A stretch of 64,000 bases of DNA from Spirochaetia bacterium. GTDB lineage: Bacteria; Spirochaetota; Spirochaetia; SZUA-6; Bin103. The first letter of the stretch is position 1; each line of letters starts with the position of its first letter. The DNA lies in the NCBI GenBank assembly GCA_965198005.1, contig CBDAOI010000003.1, positions 608,001 to 672,000 of the forward strand. Reading direction: 5' to 3'. Positions 59,214 to 64,000 of the stretch are shown here, piece after piece. The translations under genes and the position numbers were made by a program. The notes under the pieces were generated by a model that saw only the letters and a program-made list of their open reading frames with translations, was not told the DNA's origin and did no database searches.

Positions 59214-61499
59214 ATGCCTCCGGCCAGCGACGCGCCCGCCCGCGGCCCGCGGCCCGGACTGGATCTCAGCGACCTCAACGACCGCCAGCGGCAGGCGGTG
59301 CTGCACGCGGGCTCACCGCTGCTGATTCTTGCCGGCGCCGGCTCCGGCAAGACGCGGGTGATCGCCACCAAGGTCGCGCACCTGATCGCGACCGGCGCGG
59401 TGGCACCGCACGACGTCCTGGCGGTGACCTTCACCAACAAGGCGGCGGCGGAAATGCGTTCCCGGATCCGCGGCCTGGTGGCGGCGAGCGGCCGCGGCGC
59501 CGCCGGGGCGCGCGTGATGGTCCGCACCTTCCATGCCTTCGGCGCCTGGCTGCTGCGCGTGCACGGCGCGCGCCTGGGGTTCGAGCCGCAGCGCCTCTCG
59601 ATCTACGACGACGGCGACGTGCGCCAGGTGCTGCGCGGACTGCTGGGTCGGGGCTACGCCGCCAGCGACCTGCGGGCGGTGGCGGCCTGGATCTCCACCG
59701 CCAAGGATCGCGCAGTGACCGCGGACGGCGACTATTCCCGCCTGCGCCGCGGGCCGTTTCAGATGCAGGACATCTACCCCCGCTACCAGGCCCGCCTGGC
59801 GACCATGAACGCGGCGGACTTCGGCGATCTGATTCTGCTCCCGGTCACGCTGCTGCGCGCCGACCGGGCGCTGTGCGAGGAGCTGCGGCAACGGTTCCGG
59901 GTGGTGCTGGTGGACGAGTTCCAGGACGCCAACCGGGCGCAGTTCGAGCTGCTGCGCCTGCTGCACGGGCCGCACACCTACCTGTGCGTGGTCGGGGACG
60001 ACGACCAGTCGATCTACCGGTTTCGCGGCGCCGACCTCGACGGGTTTCTGTCGTTTCCCAAACGGTTCGCCGGCACCGAGGTGATCCGGCTGGAGCAGAA
60101 CTACCGGTCGACCGGAGCGATCCTGGAACTGGCGTCGGCGGTGGTGCGTCACAACCGAAGACGCATGGGGAAGACCCTGTGGACCGAACAGGAGCAGGGT
60201 GCGCTGCCGGTGGTCACGGTGGTGGCGGACCAGGAGCAGGAGGCGCGCTACTGCGCGGATGCGGTGCGCCGGCTGCCCGGCGGCCCGGTCGCGATCCTGT
60301 ACCGCATGAACTTCCAGTCGCGCACGTTCGAGACCCTGTTCCAGAGCCTGCGCATTCCCTACCGGGTGGTGGGGACCGTGCGGTTCTACGAGCGCGCGGA
60401 GGTCAAGGACGCGCTCGCCTACCTGACCCTGTTGCTCAACCCGCGCGACCAGGTGGCGTTCCGGCGGGCCGTCACCCGGCCGCGGCGCGGGGTGGGGGAG
60501 AAAACCGTGGAGCGGGTGCTGGACCACGCGGCTGCGGCGGCGGCCGGTCCCGAGGCCGGGCCCGGCGGGGAGCCGGTTGCCGTCGAGGCCGCCGGCGACG
60601 GCGTGGGAGCCGGCGGAGGCGGGCGTAATCTGCTGACCGCGGCTGCCCAGGTGGCCGCCGCCGGCGGCAGGCGCCGCGGCGCGGGACTGGCGCGCTTCGT
60701 CGAGTTGATGGATGGTCTGGCGCAGGCGCAGGCGGGCAGCACGGTGGCGGAGTTGGTGCGGGCCACGCTCGACCGCTCCGGGCTCTACCAGCAGGTGCTG
60801 GCCGAGGACCAGGAGGAGCGCACCGGCCGCGTGTTCAACCTCGAAGAGCTGGTGACCGCCGCCGGTCCCTACGGCGCCGGCAGCGCGGGGCTGGCGTCGC
60901 TCCTGGAGGACGCGCGCCTGGCCGGTACCGAGGGCTCCGGCGCGGACACCGGCACCGGCACCGGGCAATCCGCGGCCGCCGGTGCGCCCGTCGCCGAACC
61001 GGTGACGCTGATTACCGCGCACAACACCAAGGGCCTGGAGTTCGATCACGTGATCGTCACGGGGCTGGAGGAGGGCATCTTCCCCGCGGCCGAACCGGGC
61101 GCGCCGTACGCCGCCCTGCCGCCCGCCGAGGAGGAGGAGGAACGCCGCCTGTTCTACGTGGCGGTGACCCGGGCGCGGTTTACGCTGCAGCTCACCGCCT
61201 GTCGCCGGCGCGCGGCGTTCGGTTTTTTCCGGGAACGGGAGCCGAGCCGCTTCCTGGACGAGATTCCGCCGGAGTGTGTCCGGTCCGCTGCCGCCGGCAC
61301 GCCGCCGGCAGCGCCGGATGAGCCGTGCGCGCTGCCGGTCGGGCAGGCGGTGTCGCATCTCGATTACGGCGTGGGCGTGATCAGCCGCCGCTACCGGCGC
61401 GCGGGACAACAGGTGGTGGACGTTCAGTTCCAGTCGGGGCGCGGCGGCACCTTCATCGAGCGCTACGCGGACCTCGACCGGATCAGCAACGATGAGTGA
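59214..61499 (+). CDS. UvrD/PcrA/Rep helicase
   Basis: AGAGSGKT, TFTNKAA, VDEFQD, VGDDDQSIY, LEQNYRS, KGLEF, EERRLFYVAVTRA. Confidence 0.94.
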   Translation: MPPASDAPARGPRPGLDLSDLNDRQRQAVLHAGSPLLILAGAGSGKTRVIATKVAHLIATGAVAPHDVLAVTFTNKAAAEMRSRIRGLVAASGRGAAGARVMVRTFHAFGAWLLRVHGARLGFEPQRLSIYDDGDVRQVLRGLLGRGYAASDLRAVAAWISTAKDRAVTADGDYSRLRRGPFQMQDIYPRYQARLATMNAADFGDLILLPVTLLRADRALCEELRQRFRVVLVDEFQDANRAQFELLRLLHGPHTYLCVVGDDDQSIYRFRGADLDGFLSFPKRFAGTEVIRLEQNYRSTGAILELASAVVRHNRRRMGKTLWTEQEQGALPVVTVVADQEQEARYCADAVRRLPGGPVAILYRMNFQSRTFETLFQSLRIPYRVVGTVRFYERAEVKDALAYLTLLLNPRDQVAFRRAVTRPRRGVGEKTVERVLDHAAAAAAGPEAGPGGEPVAVEAAGDGVGAGGGGRNLLTAAAQVAAAGGRRRGAGLARFVELMDGLAQAQAGSTVAELVRATLDRSGLYQQVLAEDQEERTGRVFNLEELVTAAGPYGAGSAGLASLLEDARLAGTEGSGADTGTGTGQSAAAGAPVAEPVTLITAHNTKGLEFDHVIVTGLEEGIFPAAEPGAPYAALPPAEEEEERRLFYVAVTRARFTLQLTACRRRAAFGFFREREPSRFLDEIPPECVRSAAAGTPPAAPDEPCALPVGQAVSHLDYGVGVISRRYRRAGQQVVDVQFQSGRGGTFIERYADLDRISNDE

Positions 61500-62400
61500 A
61501 CCAACGCCCGGCGAACCAACGCCCGGCGAACCAGCGCCCGGTGAACCGCCGGCGAGCGGGTTGCCCCTGCCGCGCATCCGCCGCGCGCGCGGCTATCGCC
61601 TCTACACCACGGACGGCCGCCGCCTGCTCGACCTGTACCTGGACGGCGGCGGCGCGCTGCTCGGCCACCGTCCCGACCTGCTCGGGCGTCATCTCAAGGC
61701 GGTGCTCGGGCGCGGGCTGACCGCGGCGCTGCCGAGCCGGTACGGGGCGCACCTGCTGCGGGCGTTGCGCCAGGCGCTGCCCGGCCAGCGCTGGTTCGGG
61801 GTGGCCGTCACGCGCGCGGAGGCACTGCGCCTGCTGTGCGCCCGGCTCGGCCTCGCAACCGTGCCGCGGGTGGCGGACCCGCTGCTCGACCCGGACTGGC
61901 GGCGCGCGCCGGTGGCCTGGTGGCGGCCGCTCAGTGCCGAGCAGCCGCCGGCCGCCGCCTGGCCGGAGCCGGGCCCGGCCGCTCTGGTGCACCGGCTGCC
62001 GTTCGCGCTCGGCGCCGGGCCGGTAACCGTGAGCACCGGCGCCGGCGGCGATCCGGGTGCGGCCGGCGCCGCACCGCACCTGGCGGGCGCCGATACCGTC
62101 TCGCCGCTGCTGCTGGCCGGCGCCGCGGTGGCGCTGCAGCGCCTGCAGCGGTCCCCCGAGGCGCGACCTCCCGGACCCGCGGCCGGCTGGCCGGCGCCCG
62201 CCCCCGGTTGGCGGCGCAACGGGGTGTACGTGGTCGCGGAGTTTCCGGAACGGCACTACCCGGCGGTGCATGCCGCTTTTCTGGCCGCCGGCGTCCTGCT
62301 CAACCCGCACTATCCGGGACCGAGCATCCTGCCCGGCAGCGCGAGCCCCGGCGAACGGGCGCTGCTGCGCCGCCTGTTCCGTACCCGCCCGGGCGCCTGA
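61492..62400 (+). CDS. Degenerate class-III aminotransferase-like protein
   Basis: IRRARGYRLYT.DGRR.LDL..GG..LLGH N-terminus; the remainder is divergent; N-terminal EPTPG repeats. Confidence 0.6.
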   Translation: MSEPTPGEPTPGEPAPGEPPASGLPLPRIRRARGYRLYTTDGRRLLDLYLDGGGALLGHRPDLLGRHLKAVLGRGLTAALPSRYGAHLLRALRQALPGQRWFGVAVTRAEALRLLCARLGLATVPRVADPLLDPDWRRAPVAWWRPLSAEQPPAAAWPEPGPAALVHRLPFALGAGPVTVSTGAGGDPGAAGAAPHLAGADTVSPLLLAGAAVALQRLQRSPEARPPGPAAGWPAPAPGWRRNGVYVVAEFPERHYPAVHAAFLAAGVLLNPHYPGPSILPGSASPGERALLRRLFRTRPGA

Positions 62401-62479
62401 GCCAGGGCCGCACCCTACGACCGTCGTGTAGTCGGCCCGTCGCGGCTCGTTGATAATGGATGTACGATGGAAGTTCCGT

Positions 62480-63644
62480 CTATGACGACCTTGTCCATCC
62501 CCAAATGTCGACGGCGAGATCCGCGAGATCCGCCGACCTTGCCTGGATGGCGGCAAAGTTCCAGGGCGCTGAACGGCTCGTGATGTCGAGCGCAAGCCGA
62601 CTAGGAGACTGCCCGAAAAGGTGCTTTTTCCGTTCGAAAGGAAGCCTTCCCATCTCAGAGTTCCTCTCACGCTTGCGCAAGCAGAGGTTCCCGACCGTAT
62701 TGATGATCCTTGAGTAATTCTCACTGTCGGCGTCGCCACCCATTTCGGACCTCCAGGCATCGCTGCTTTCGATATTTTGCGGTGCGATGTGTTCTACCGT
62801 GTCGAGCGTGGAGTAGTCCGGCAGCTCGCCAACGTGTTCCTGAGCCAGATGACGATCAAGCTCTTCGAGTATAAGCCGTGTGAAACCGAGCTCTCGTGAG
62901 CGATAGACAGGCCGGCCCATAAGAGCTTCTTTGAATTCATCGTCACTGACCCACAGTTGTTCTTTTTTGATCGTTTGGTGGAGAACGGCGGTCGAATGGG
63001 GGCCACCGGCGTCCCTTAACCTGTCGATGAGTGCGGGAAAGAACGAATCATATCGAGTTACTGACAATTCAGCTACTTTGCGACGTACCAGCAGCACATA
63101 TACCTCTCGGAGCAGCGATTCTGCTTCTTCCAGCATGAAGCCGTGGTCCCGTTCCTCTCTCAGAACCGCCAGCAAGAAAGGGCGACAGGAGGTCATGTTG
63201 GTCTCTCCTATTCTTCTTAGCAGCGTATCGAGGGTGCTCGTGCCATCTTTTGATTCGCCGAGTATTCGTCTATACAGCGGCGCCGACTCCGCGACGTTGT
63301 CTAAATGGCGGGTGGCGGAATTCGCATTGAGGTTCTTGTTGTGTTGCTTGAAGAACACGTAAAGCCGACGGCCCTTCCCAATGATCTTGTTCTGTCCGAT
63401 GGAGAACAGATGGCGCAGATACTCCTCGAAATCGAAGGAATCGACAACCGGTGACGAGCGGTCGATCTGTTGCACGTTGAGCCACTTTGATCGGTGCAAA
63501 TCCTCATGGTCACCGTTAGCCGCGATAAGTGGTCGGAACAGGTAATTGCATAACAGTTCGTGCGCCGTAAGCTGTATTCCTTCGCATCCGGCCCAAGAAA
63601 ATGTCCGAGAAACTTCGATTGATTATCTCTCCTCTTTCAGGCAT
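62480..63644 (-). pseudogene. DUF262-DUF1524 gene with the DUF262 core deleted
   Basis: RBS + MPERGEIINRSFSDIFLG joined out of frame to GIQLTAHELLCNYLF; intact TVEHIAPQ..GNLCL..N HNH part. Confidence 0.75.
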
Positions 63645-63729
63645 TGGTCTTCTCCTTCATCTACGCGAGGCAATTCAACCACCGCTCGTCTGCCCGAGTG
63701 TACCACGTATGAGGTGGCACCGACATGGT

Positions 63730-63836
63730 GCCGCGGTGAGCACCAGGCCGCCGCTCATCCACAGGTACACGTTGCGCAGGATGCGATTTTCGCGGATGGC
63801 CCGCACCGCGCTGAAACTGAGATCTCGTTGTGACAT
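63730..63836 (-). pseudogene. YccA/Bax inhibitor-1 N-terminal scrap
   Basis: ENRILRNVYLWMSGGLVLTA. Confidence 0.55.
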
Positions 63837-63929
63837 GCCTCTCTCCTTGCCCGACACCGTAAGGTGCCGCGCTCAGGGGGCCGGGTCAACCGAACGCACG
63901 GTGGTCACTGTGGACGTCGGTCAGTGTCG

Positions 63930-64000
63930 CCATCCCGCTGATCATCATCTTCTCGATCAACATTGGCGGGGTCATCATTGCCGAAGCGTCGCTGAGCTTT
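63930..64000 (+). pseudogene. DppC-like permease fragment running off the window edge
   Basis: PLIIIFSINIGGVIIAEASLSF; paralog of 47725-48621 with no upstream part. Confidence 0.6.

Noticed and set aside
61498-61550. 15-bp tandem repeat as a regulatory array
   Set aside because: In-frame low-complexity coding repeat (EPTPG)

Overview
A high-GC bacterial chromosome segment, probably Spirochaetota. That assignment is inferred from an archaeal-type PyrH, an 'LWAGG' N-terminus on the solute-binding protein, and LolA/UvrB-C-motif neighbours. Intact housekeeping blocks are gap with glpK-glpD, katG, a selenocysteine formate dehydrogenase/NuoEF operon with fdhD, fabH and fabD-fabG-fabF, tRNA-Leu(CAA), pyrH, a serA-like gene, lolA and uvrD. 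Between them lie lower-GC accessory patches. These hold a GmrSD-like DUF262 nuclease, a duplicated ~1 kb Uma2 nuclease unit, a dense cluster of toxin-antitoxin modules with palindromic operators, and many spliced gene scraps. The most notable items are: (1) an XRE-ImmA/IrrE + PIN-like + SIR2-DUF4020 three-gene operon, a candidate defence system; (2) an apparently unannotated ~108-nt sRNA with an extended -10 promoter and a terminator loop that is an anti-Shine-Dalgarno sequence; (3) a 6.0 kb element with 20-bp terminal inverted repeats and a 9-bp target duplication, carrying a peptide ABC transporter; (4) a split, re-ordered Sec-FDH with UGA and SECIS. All family calls come from motif recognition by eye; no database searches were run.
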